Below are positions 51,620 through 60,065 of a stretch of 60,509 bases of DNA, piece after piece (position 1 is the stretch's first letter; every line of letters starts with the position of its first letter). Made by a program: the position numbers and the translations under genes. The DNA comes from Verrucomicrobiia bacterium. Lineage in GTDB: Bacteria; Desulfobacterota; Binatia; UBA9968. The DNA is taken from assembly GCA_035637295.1 (NCBI GenBank), contig DASPXM010000285.1:1-60509 (forward strand), written 5' to 3'. The notes beneath the pieces are model-generated. The model had not been told where the DNA came from, made no database searches, and saw nothing but the letters and a program-made list of their open reading frames with translations.

Positions 51620-53415
51620 CTAAAAAAAAGGACGTCGCGATTCTTCGCTATTACCACCGCGTTAAGTTTCTCGTCGACCGCTACCGGCATTTTCTTATCC
51701 TCGGCGTTTTCTCGCTTGTCGGAACCGATCTCGCCGGTATCACTCTGCCCTGGCTGATCAAGGACGGTATCGACACGGCGCTGCGCGCGTCGGAGAGCGG
51801 TCGATCCTTGCTCAAATATCCTTTGTTGATTCTCGGTGCCGCCACGTTGCAGGGATTGTTCCGCTACTGTTGGCGCATCAACATTCACGGTTTCTCGCGG
51901 CGCTGCGAGGCCGATCTGCGCGATCGCGTTTTTTCCCATTTGCAGAAGCTGCCGCTCAGTTACTTTCAGTACGCCAAAACCGGCGATCTGATGTCGCGCC
52001 TGACCAATGACATTCACGCGGTGCGCGAGCTAATGGGGTTCGGCTCGCTGGCCATCGTCGACGCCGTGGTCGTGATTGTTTTCAGCCTGACACTGATGAT
52101 CACTATCAACCCCTGGCTCGCGTTCTGGTCGATGCTCGCCATGCCGCTCATTCCGATTGTCGTGCGATTTTTCGGGCGGCAAATCTTTCGCCGGTCGCGC
52201 GATACCCAGGCGCAGCTCAGCGACATGAGTGCTTACGTGCTGGAAAATTTATCCGGCATTCGCGTCGTGCAGGCCTATGCCCAAGAGCAAAACCAGATCC
52301 GCGGCTTCGATGCGATCAGCTCCGAATACCGGCGCAAATCCATGTGGCTCGCCACGCTGTGGGGAATTTTTTGGCCGCTCATGCAGGTAATGGCGGGGTT
52401 GGCGGCCACCGTGGTGCTGTGGCTCGGCGGACGCCAAGTTCTCCAGGGCACGATGACGTTGGGCGAGTACGTCGCCTTCACCGGATATTTGGGGATGCTC
52501 ACTTGGCCGCTGATGGCGATCGGCTATACGGCCAACCAATACCAGCGCGGCACCGCGGCGCTCAGCCGCATCGCGGAAGTGTTGGACACGCCGATTTCGC
52601 CGCGCTATCGAGCATTGCCGGCGTCCAACGGTTCTCCGCCGATCCACGGCGCCATTGAGTTTCGTAACCTCACATTCGTCTATGCCGGCGCAGAAGCGCC
52701 CGCGCTAAAAAATATCAATTTGCAGATACCCGCTGGAACAGTTTGCGCGATCGTGGGCGAGACCGGATCCGGCAAGAGCACGCTGGTGAATTTGCTCTTG
52801 CGGCTTTACGAGCCCGAGGATCGGGCGATCTTCGTCGACGGCGTAGATATCAAGCAATTGCCGCGCCGTCGTTTGGAAGACGCCATCGGCTATGTGTCGC
52901 AAGATATTTTTCTTTTTTTCGGCTCGGTCAGGGACAATATTCTCCTCGGCGCGGAGAACGGCGAAACGGATCGACTGGACGAAGCGGCGCGCATTGCGCA
53001 ACTGCTGCCCGCGATCGAGTTGTTCGGAGCGGGCTTCGACACCGTGATCGGCGAGCGCGGCATGCGCTTGTCCGGCGGTCAAAAGCAACGCACGGCGTTG
53101 GCCCGAGCGATCATCAAGAAGCCGCCGATCGTGATTCTGGACGATGCTTTTTCCAGCGTCGACGCCGAGACCGAGGAGGAAATCCTGCGCGAGTTAAAGC
53201 AGTTCACCCACGGTCGCACAACGTTGCTGATCTCGCATCGGCTCTCGACCGTGCGCGACGCGGACAGGATCGTCTATATGAGAGCCGGCGAGCTGATCGA
53301 GCAAGGTACTCACACGGAACTCATCGCGCGGCGTGGCGCCTACTACGGGCTTTACCGGCGCCAGAATTTGGCCCGCGAGGTCGAGTCCATGGCGCGCGCG
53401 GAAGGACGGCCGTGA
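51523..53415 (+). CDS. ABC exporter, fused permease/ATPase (MdlA-like half-transporter)
   Basis: Six-TM domain, Walker A GETGSGKST, signature LSGGQKQR and Walker B ILDDAFS. The only canonical in-frame start is the TTG at 51523; the N-terminal ~35 aa are uncertain. Confidence 0.85.
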   Translation: MTSSGRKAGLRFCPERGRTGDRFSATHSKIRRAKKKDVAILRYYHRVKFLVDRYRHFLILGVFSLVGTDLAGITLPWLIKDGIDTALRASESGRSLLKYPLLILGAATLQGLFRYCWRINIHGFSRRCEADLRDRVFSHLQKLPLSYFQYAKTGDLMSRLTNDIHAVRELMGFGSLAIVDAVVVIVFSLTLMITINPWLAFWSMLAMPLIPIVVRFFGRQIFRRSRDTQAQLSDMSAYVLENLSGIRVVQAYAQEQNQIRGFDAISSEYRRKSMWLATLWGIFWPLMQVMAGLAATVVLWLGGRQVLQGTMTLGEYVAFTGYLGMLTWPLMAIGYTANQYQRGTAALSRIAEVLDTPISPRYRALPASNGSPPIHGAIEFRNLTFVYAGAEAPALKNINLQIPAGTVCAIVGETGSGKSTLVNLLLRLYEPEDRAIFVDGVDIKQLPRRRLEDAIGYVSQDIFLFFGSVRDNILLGAENGETDRLDEAARIAQLLPAIELFGAGFDTVIGERGMRLSGGQKQRTALARAIIKKPPIVILDDAFSSVDAETEEEILRELKQFTHGRTTLLISHRLSTVRDADRIVYMRAGELIEQGTHTELIARRGAYYGLYRRQNLAREVESMARAEGRP

Positions 53416-55226
53416 GCGAAGAAGTTCATCAAGAAGACGAGATCCTCGGTAAGGCTTACGACGCCCGCCTGATGGCGCGCATCCTGCGTTATCTGCGGCC
53501 TTACTGGAAGCTGCTCGCGATCTCTTTCATTTTTCTGATGCTGCAGACGGGTAGCCAACTGCTCGGGCCGTACATCACCAAGGTCGCCATCGATCGCTAT
53601 ATCGCTCAGCGCGATGTGCACGGGCTCGATCTCATGGCGCTCGCCTATTTGGGCGTTGTCTGTGTCGGCTTCGTCGTGTTTTTTATTCAAACTTACACCA
53701 CCGAATACATCGGCCAGCACGCGATGCACGACTTGCGCATGGAAGTCTTTTCTCACCTGCAACACCAGGACCTGGCGTACTTCGACCGCAACGCCGTCGG
53801 GCGACTATTGACGCGAACGGTAAACGACGTGGAGACGCTCAACGAGCTTTTCAGCACCGGTGTGGTCGGCCTTCTTGGCGACGTCTCGATTGTTTTCGGC
53901 ATCGCCGGTATGATGCTCTGGCTCGATTGGAAACTCGCGCTGGTATGCATCGCCGCTTTCCCGGTGATTCTCTACATCAGCCGCTTTTATCGGCGCCGGG
54001 CGCGCGAGGTCTATCGGGAAAGCCGGCTGATCCTCGGCCGTCTAAACGCCGGCTTACAAGAAAACATCGCCGGCGTGGCCACCGTCCAAGCCTTCGGTCA
54101 AGAAGAAAAAATGTACCGGCGCTTTCGTGAAGTGAACCTCAGTTACCGCGACGTGCTCCTGCGCAGCATCCGCTACAACGCGCTGTTTTTCCCGGTGATC
54201 GAAATCTTCAGCGCCCTGAGCATCGGCCTTTTGCTCTGGTACGGCGGCCAGCAGATTCTTTCCAGCGCGGTGCAGGCCGGTGTGATCGTGGCCTTTATTC
54301 AGTATGTCCAGCGCATGTACCAGCCGATTCGCGATCTGGCCGAGAAGTATAACATCATGCAGGCGGCGATGGCGTCGTCGGAAAGAATCTTCGCCTTGCT
54401 CGATACTTCGGAGACGATTAAAAACCCTGCGCAAGCGAAGAAAGTGGATCGCTTCGCCGGCGAGATTGAATTCAAAGACGTTTGGCTTTCCTACCGGGCG
54501 GGCGAGCCGGTGCTCAAAAATGTTTCTTTTCGGGTGCGCGCCGGCGAAAAAGTCGCGCTGGTCGGCGCCACGGGTGGTGGCAAGACATCGATCATTTCGG
54601 CGCTGTGCCGGTTTTACGACGTCGAGCGCGGTGCAATTCTCGTCGATGGCATCGACGTTCGCGAGTGGAACAAACAGGAGCTGCGGCGCCATCTGGGACT
54701 CGTGCTACAGGATGTTTTCCTTTTTTCCGGCGATGTCGCGACCAACATCACGCTCGGTGACGAGCGTATCAGCGAGACGCAAATGCTGGAGGCGGCGCGC
54801 CGCGCGCATATCGCGCCGTTTATCGAACGGCTGCCCCATCGATATCGACAAGAAGTTCAAGAGCGAGGCTCGACGCTGTCGCAGGGGCAGCGACAATTAT
54901 TGTCGTTTGCCCGCGCTTTGGCGTTTGACCCGAAGATTCTCATCTTTGACGAAGCCACCAGTTCCGTCGACACCCAAACCGAAACGTTGATTCAAGAAGC
55001 GTTGGTGGAGCTGCTCAAAAATCGTACCGCGCTCGTCATCGCGCACCGTTTATCGACGATTAAACACGCGGATCGGATCCTGGTCATTCATCGGGGCGAG
55101 ATTTGGGAAGAGGGGAATCATGCGGCGTTGCTGGCGCGCCGCGGGCTCTACGCGCGGCTCTACGATCTGCAGTATCGCTTTCAGGAAAGCGATGGCGCAG
55201 CCGCTGATTCCGTCGCAATGCCCTGA
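53412..55226 (+). CDS. ABC exporter, fused permease/ATPase (MdlB-like partner)
   Basis: GTG at 53412 overlaps the upstream stop (GTGA). Walker A GATGGGKTS, signature LSQGQRQL and Walker B IFDEATS. Confidence 0.88.
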   Translation: MSEEVHQEDEILGKAYDARLMARILRYLRPYWKLLAISFIFLMLQTGSQLLGPYITKVAIDRYIAQRDVHGLDLMALAYLGVVCVGFVVFFIQTYTTEYIGQHAMHDLRMEVFSHLQHQDLAYFDRNAVGRLLTRTVNDVETLNELFSTGVVGLLGDVSIVFGIAGMMLWLDWKLALVCIAAFPVILYISRFYRRRAREVYRESRLILGRLNAGLQENIAGVATVQAFGQEEKMYRRFREVNLSYRDVLLRSIRYNALFFPVIEIFSALSIGLLLWYGGQQILSSAVQAGVIVAFIQYVQRMYQPIRDLAEKYNIMQAAMASSERIFALLDTSETIKNPAQAKKVDRFAGEIEFKDVWLSYRAGEPVLKNVSFRVRAGEKVALVGATGGGKTSIISALCRFYDVERGAILVDGIDVREWNKQELRRHLGLVLQDVFLFSGDVATNITLGDERISETQMLEAARRAHIAPFIERLPHRYRQEVQERGSTLSQGQRQLLSFARALAFDPKILIFDEATSSVDTQTETLIQEALVELLKNRTALVIAHRLSTIKHADRILVIHRGEIWEEGNHAALLARRGLYARLYDLQYRFQESDGAAADSVAMP

Positions 55227-55239
55227 CCCCCTCCTTCAT

Positions 55240-55262
55240 CCTCCCCCGCAAAGCGGGGGAGG
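55240..55262. terminator. GC-rich hairpin between convergent genes (possible bidirectional terminator)
   Basis: CCTCCCCCGC-AAA-GCGGGGGAGG, a perfect 10-bp stem. There is no clear U-tract on either strand. Confidence 0.4.
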
Positions 55263-55274
55263 AAAGAAGTGGGG

Positions 55275-55300
55275 GCGCCAAGACGCCAAGAACGCAAAAA
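55275..55300. repeat. GCGCCAAGACGCCAAG box
   Basis: GCGCCAAGACGCCAAGAACGCAAAAA closely matches the reverse complement of 27566-27597 and the box at 33234-33249. Confidence 0.45.
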
Positions 55301-55312
55301 ATCGTTTCTCGA

Positions 55313-56533
55313 CTACGCAACCAAGCCCACCGATGCGGCGGGACGAAAGCCCGGAAAGATTCGGCCCACTTCTCTTTGCCCTAAATGGCGCGCAAAAACC
55401 TCGCTGCACACCGTTCGATAGTCGGTTGTCAAGTCAAGATCTCTGCCTTCGTAGAGAACTTCCGGTGCCAGGCCGGGCCAACGGCCGTAAACTTTGCCAC
55501 CGCGGACGCGTCCGCCGAGAACGAACATGACGTTGGCGTGGCCGTGGTCAGTGCCGCGGTTGCCGTTTTCCCGCGCGGTGCGGCCGAATTCGGACATCGT
55601 CACCACCACGACATCGTCCAGCCGATCGTCCAAGTCTTGATAGAATGCCGCCAGACCCGCCCCGAACTCCTTGAGCCGATTAGCCAAAATTCCCGTGGCG
55701 CCGCCTTCGGCGACATGAGTGTCCCAGCCCTCGATTTCCGTAAAGGCGATTTCCAGTCCGACATCAGCCTTGATTAACCGGGCGATTTGTTTCAGTCCGA
55801 CGGCAAATTTGCCGACCGGATAGCTGGCTGTGCTGGGCGGAATCTTCGACTCGATGGTGCGTAACCGGGCCAATGCATCGAATAAGCTGTTGCCGCCTTG
55901 GCGGAACAAAGGATCGGTCGAATTCGTGTAGAGCTTTTGTAACGTTGCCGCCATCGTTTGATTGCGTAAACGAAACTCTTCAATCGACGAAAGCGACAAG
56001 CTCGGAGCCGCGCCGGCCAGCATGCGCGGTGTTTGCGGGCCGACGGCAACACCGCGAAACGGTGAGTCACTGAACCGTTTTTCATTCAAATAGCGGTTGA
56101 GCCAACCGTCGGGCGTGCTCTTGACTCCCGGCGTGCCGATCTCCATGTAGTCCTGGGCATCGAAGTGCGATCGAGTATTATCCGGTGAGCCGGCTGCGTG
56201 AAGGATCGCCAGGTGGCCCTTGTCATAGATGTTTTTGAGTGGCGCCAGTGCGGGATGCAAAGCGAAATAGCCATCGAGATCGATGGCGCGTTCTTCACCA
56301 GCAGCGGGCTCGGCGAGCGCAATGCTCGGCCGGAGCGCATAGTAGGCGCGGTCTTTGAAAGGTACGATGACGTTCAGCCCATCCATGCCGCCGCGCTGGA
56401 ATACCACAACCAAAACTTTGCCACGGTTACTCTGTTGAGCGCCGGCGGCGCGCACGAGAAATGACGGCGGGAAACCGAGCGCCAAAAAGCCGAGTCCGGC
56501 GGATTTGATAAACGACCGTCGCGAGCGATCCAT
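55313..56533 (-). CDS. DUF1501 domain protein (sulfatase/alkaline-phosphatase-like), Tat-exported
   Basis: Twin-arginine signal MDRSRRSFIKSAGLG and DUF1501-type blocks (EFGRT...N..GTDHG). Confidence 0.85.
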   Translation of the reverse strand: MDRSRRSFIKSAGLGFLALGFPPSFLVRAAGAQQSNRGKVLVVVFQRGGMDGLNVIVPFKDRAYYALRPSIALAEPAAGEERAIDLDGYFALHPALAPLKNIYDKGHLAILHAAGSPDNTRSHFDAQDYMEIGTPGVKSTPDGWLNRYLNEKRFSDSPFRGVAVGPQTPRMLAGAAPSLSLSSIEEFRLRNQTMAATLQKLYTNSTDPLFRQGGNSLFDALARLRTIESKIPPSTASYPVGKFAVGLKQIARLIKADVGLEIAFTEIEGWDTHVAEGGATGILANRLKEFGAGLAAFYQDLDDRLDDVVVVTMSEFGRTARENGNRGTDHGHANVMFVLGGRVRGGKVYGRWPGLAPEVLYEGRDLDLTTDYRTVCSEVFARHLGQREVGRIFPGFRPAASVGLVA

Positions 56534-56535
56534 AA

Positions 56536-57951
56536 CTACCTCCGTTGAAATTCCGGCGCGGCTAAGAGGAGGGCAAGGGCGTCGGCTCCTTCGGTTTCAG
56601 CCAATGCCGCCCGCGTGGCGGCTGAGAGCGAATCGGGCGCGATCAGGCGAACAAACTGCTGGCTGTCGTGCAGAGCGGTGGATTGAACCCGAGCGCCGTC
56701 AAGCCGATTGCTCACCAGATCGGCGGCAAAATTCATCCGTGTGAGCAGCATGTCAGGGCTAATCCACGACGCTCCGACGTCGGGATAGCCGGTTGGCGGC
56801 TGGGCCAAAAACAACGGCTCGCCCATGCGGCCGAGATAACGCAAAAGTTGAGGGGTAACCTGGGTTTCCGCGTTCGTTACGCGAAGCGTACTGGCGATAT
56901 ACTCCAGCGGTTTTTTCACCTTGGCACGGTAGGCTTCAGGCGAATAGAACTCCGGCGAGTCAACGATCGTTCGGATCGCAGTTCGAATATCGCCGTCGCT
57001 GCGGCGCAATGCCTCGGCGACGCGATTGACCACAGAGGCCGGCGGATCGTCGGCAACAAAGCGGCGCGCCAGCTTGGTGGCAATAAACTTTGCGGTAGCG
57101 GGATGGCGCGCCAGGAGATCGATAACCTTCATGCCGTCTTCCACGCCGCCTCCCGCCGCAATGCGCGTCCCAAGCACCGTTTTCACGCCTTGATCGTGCA
57201 GCCGGGGCTCGAAACGAAACTCGGGGTCGCCGCGCGGCCGAACCAATGTCCATCCGGTAAAGCAGCGGGCTACCTCGCGAACGTCTTGCTGCGTATAACC
57301 GCCGTCGACTCCGAGGGTGTGCAGCTCCATGATTTCGCGGGCATAGTTTTCATTGATGCCGCGACGGCGGGCATTGGCGGGCAGGCGCGCCGTCATCGCG
57401 CCATTGGGGCTCACGCTCAGCCAGTTATCCAGATAAAAGAGCATCGCCGGGCTCTGCGCCGTGGCGAGCAAAAGATCGCGGAAGCGACCCAGGGCATGGG
57501 GACGAATCGTATCTCGCTCGTAAGCCGTCGTCAGCCAGCGGTCGGCCCCCTTGGCGGCGAAAATATTAAAATGATTGTTCCAGAAATCGACCATCACTTC
57601 GTAGAGCTGGCGTTGGCTGTACACGGCGCGTAGTAGCCGCGCCTGTTGGAGCTCGAGGATGATGAAGCGTGGCGCATTCATTTCGCCCGGCATCGCCATG
57701 CCGCGTTCTTGTGCCACTTTCGGCGGCGGGTAAAGTTCAAACAGTTCTTGACTGCTCAGCCGCATGGTTTTCAGTGCCGCGACTTTCTCTTCAGCGATGT
57801 TGTCGGGAATTTTTTCCGGCGCGAGCTGTTCGTCGAGATAGGCACGGAAGCCGAGCCGGTCAACCCGTTGAACCTCTTCCGGCGTCGGTCCAAAGCTGAT
57901 CCGATTCAGGAAATGGAGGATTTTTTGCTCGTGGCTGAGTGGCGCGCTCAT
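56536..57951 (-). CDS. DUF1800 domain protein
   Basis: N-terminal HFLNRISFGPTP and canonical pairing directly upstream of DUF1501. AAGGAG lies 5 nt before the ATG. Confidence 0.85.
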   Translation of the reverse strand: MSAPLSHEQKILHFLNRISFGPTPEEVQRVDRLGFRAYLDEQLAPEKIPDNIAEEKVAALKTMRLSSQELFELYPPPKVAQERGMAMPGEMNAPRFIILELQQARLLRAVYSQRQLYEVMVDFWNNHFNIFAAKGADRWLTTAYERDTIRPHALGRFRDLLLATAQSPAMLFYLDNWLSVSPNGAMTARLPANARRRGINENYAREIMELHTLGVDGGYTQQDVREVARCFTGWTLVRPRGDPEFRFEPRLHDQGVKTVLGTRIAAGGGVEDGMKVIDLLARHPATAKFIATKLARRFVADDPPASVVNRVAEALRRSDGDIRTAIRTIVDSPEFYSPEAYRAKVKKPLEYIASTLRVTNAETQVTPQLLRYLGRMGEPLFLAQPPTGYPDVGASWISPDMLLTRMNFAADLVSNRLDGARVQSTALHDSQQFVRLIAPDSLSAATRAALAETEGADALALLLAAPEFQRR

Positions 57952-57971
57952 GGCTACTCCTTGTCTCAGCG

Positions 57972-58607
57972 TTACTGAACCTTGTCGCGTAGCTTTTCAC
58001 GGAATTGTTTTCTTTCCTCGACACTGCCGTGCTCTTTAAGCTCGCGCATTTTTTCTCTGATCTCGCGTTTCTCTTGGGGCGGCAGCCGGTCAAAACGCTC
58101 GCGCATTTTTTCGCGCAGTTGCTGCTTTTCTTCCGGAGAGAGACGTTCGCGCCTTTCCAGGAGCTTTTGCCTGAGCTCTTGACGCTTTTCCGGCGGCAAA
58201 TCGCGCAACGTTTGGAATCGCCGTCTGAGTTCCTCGCGGCGCTCGGGCGGCAGCTCGCGCCAGCGTTGCCAACGTTCTTGGAGTCGCTCCCGCTGTTCCG
58301 GCGGGAGCTTTTGCCAGCGCTCGAAGTTTTTGCGCGCGACAGCCTTGTCCTCGGGCGAAAGCTGGCGCCAGGTCTCGAACTTTTTCTGCAGATCATCCTT
58401 TTCACCGGGCGGCAAGTTCTGCCAACGCTGGAAACGTTCGCGCATTTCCTGTTTTTCCTCAGGTGTCATGTGCTGCCAGCGCTCGAGCGCGTCCTTGTCC
58501 GCCTGCGCCAGGATCATCCCGCGTGGCGCCGATTGGCTCCATGCCAGCGGAGTGCAAAGCAAAGTCGAAAGCCAAAGAAAACTGAATGTCCGAGTCAAAA
58601 GCCTCAC
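57972..58607 (-). CDS. secreted DUF3106-like repeat protein
   Basis: Signal peptide, then about 8 repeats of roughly 18 aa of the type F/W-x-R-W-x-x-L-P/S-P-E-x-R. GTG start overlaps the upstream stop (GTGA) and follows AGGAGA. Confidence 0.7.
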   Translation of the reverse strand: MRLLTRTFSFLWLSTLLCTPLAWSQSAPRGMILAQADKDALERWQHMTPEEKQEMRERFQRWQNLPPGEKDDLQKKFETWRQLSPEDKAVARKNFERWQKLPPEQRERLQERWQRWRELPPERREELRRRFQTLRDLPPEKRQELRQKLLERRERLSPEEKQQLREKMRERFDRLPPQEKREIREKMRELKEHGSVEERKQFREKLRDKVQ

Positions 58608-58852
58608 CTCAATGTCTCCTTCTTTTTTCGGGGCGTGGACTTTTGCGGCGTTGGGTTCTTTCCCTGATCGCCGGCACTTTCGACGACATGCATGTCGCGC
58701 AACATTTCCATTTGTTTCACCACTTCCATTTCACGAAGGAGCTCCATCATTTTTAACATCTCTCGATCGGGCGGCTCGTCCTTGGTGGCGGCACCACCAG
58801 TCGAAGAAACGAGCAAAGCGAGAGATAGGATCAGTGCGCCTACCGGTCTCAT
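58604..58852 (-). CDS. small secreted Met/Glu-rich protein
   Basis: Signal peptide followed by EMLKMMELLREMEVVKQMEMLRDMHVV. Translationally coupled to the downstream gene. Confidence 0.5.
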   Translation of the reverse strand: MRPVGALILSLALLVSSTGGAATKDEPPDREMLKMMELLREMEVVKQMEMLRDMHVVESAGDQGKNPTPQKSTPRKKKETLR

Positions 58853-58861
58853 TCCCGCTGT

Positions 58862-59380
58862 TTAGGCCGCGCCGCCTTGGCTGCCCATGGACTCCAACAA
58901 ATCGAGATCGTCGAGCACGTCCATGGCCTTAAAAAACTCCAAGTTCTCCGCCACCGGAAGCGCTTCCATCATTGCCTCATCGTCATGGGGAATATCCTTG
59001 GTCGGCCAGACTCCTCTGCCCAGGGTAAACGCCAGGGCGATCGCGACGACTGCGGCACCCGCGGCAGCCGACAACAGACCAGGTTGAAAGATAACCGCGA
59101 GACTCTGCCACCACCGCTTTTTTTCCGCCGTCGCGTCGAGCTTGTGGCGCAGCTCGCGGCTATAATCGTCCCAAAAAGTTGGTGCTGGCTCGTCGGCTTT
59201 AACCGTCAGCGGCAAGAGATTGCCGAGCTCTCTTAGATAAGTGGCGCAACCGGTGCAACCGTTCAGATGACTTTGGAGCGCATCCCGCTCGGTGCCGGCG
59301 AGATCGCCATAATGGAGCAGCACCAAATCCTCTTCCAATGTTTTGCAAGGAACTACGAGTGGATTGTTTTGATCGGCCAT
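58862..59380 (-). CDS. anti-sigma factor (zf-HC2), single-pass membrane protein
   Basis: HLNGCTGC (Hx3Cx2C) motif, one TM segment (LLSAAAGAAVVAIALAF) and a short acidic periplasmic tail. Confidence 0.8.
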   Translation of the reverse strand: MADQNNPLVVPCKTLEEDLVLLHYGDLAGTERDALQSHLNGCTGCATYLRELGNLLPLTVKADEPAPTFWDDYSRELRHKLDATAEKKRWWQSLAVIFQPGLLSAAAGAAVVAIALAFTLGRGVWPTKDIPHDDEAMMEALPVAENLEFFKAMDVLDDLDLLESMGSQGGAA

Positions 59381-59389
59381 ATCAACCTC

Positions 59390-60052
59390 CTAGGCGAACT
59401 CTGCCAGACGCTGCCTGAGCGCCGTTACGGCGCGATGCAAGTGAACTTTAACCGTACCCTCTGCCGTCTGCATCATCTCAGCGATTTCTTTGATCGATAG
59501 TCCTTGATGGTTTTTCAGTATGAAAGCAGTGCGTTGTTTCGGTGGCAGCGCTTGCAGCGCGACGCCAACTTTGTGCGAAATCTGGCCGGCCAACACGTGT
59601 TGATCGGGTGACATGGGAATGCTCGGCTGATGTGACGGCTCCAATTGATGCTCTACGGTTTCGTCAAATTCGTCCGACGGCGCCCGTTTCTGACGCCGCT
59701 TGTAGTCCAAGCAAAGGTTGACAAGAATGCGGTAGAACCAGGTGTAGAAACTCGAGCGGCCGTCAAATTTTTTGAGATTGCTAAAAGCCTTCAGAAACGC
59801 CTCTTGAGACAGATCTTTGGCTTCCTCGCGGTCGCGCGCGAAATCAAACGCGATGTGATAGGCCTTGTGCTTATGACGCTCCACGAGCTCCTCGAACGCG
59901 CGGCGATCGCCCTTTTGAGCCGATGCCACCAACTCCTCATCCCGAGGGTTCACTAGCGGACTCCTATCTTTCGATGATGTTAAAGCACTGGAGATACCAA
60001 GGGGGAGCCGGCGGAAAACGACGCTCATTTCCGCCGGCTGTATAGGAGTCAC
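59390..60052 (-). CDS. ECF-type RNA polymerase sigma-70 factor
   Basis: Region 2 (AFEELVERH...AYHIAF...DLSQEAFLKAF) and region 4 (LPPKQRTAFILKNHQGLSIKEIAEMM). GTG start at 60052 has a GAGAGGG RBS. Confidence 0.9.
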   Translation of the reverse strand: MTPIQPAEMSVVFRRLPLGISSALTSSKDRSPLVNPRDEELVASAQKGDRRAFEELVERHKHKAYHIAFDFARDREEAKDLSQEAFLKAFSNLKKFDGRSSFYTWFYRILVNLCLDYKRRQKRAPSDEFDETVEHQLEPSHQPSIPMSPDQHVLAGQISHKVGVALQALPPKQRTAFILKNHQGLSIKEIAEMMQTAEGTVKVHLHRAVTALRQRLAEFA

Positions 60053-60065
60053 GCTTGGTCCCTCT

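Noticed and set aside
52743-53411. 5' extension of the second ABC exporter ORF (827-aa version in the track).
   Set aside because: The extension overlaps the NBD of the first exporter in another frame. The GTG at 53412 gives a GTGA coupling and a canonical N-terminus (…ILRYLRPYWK…).
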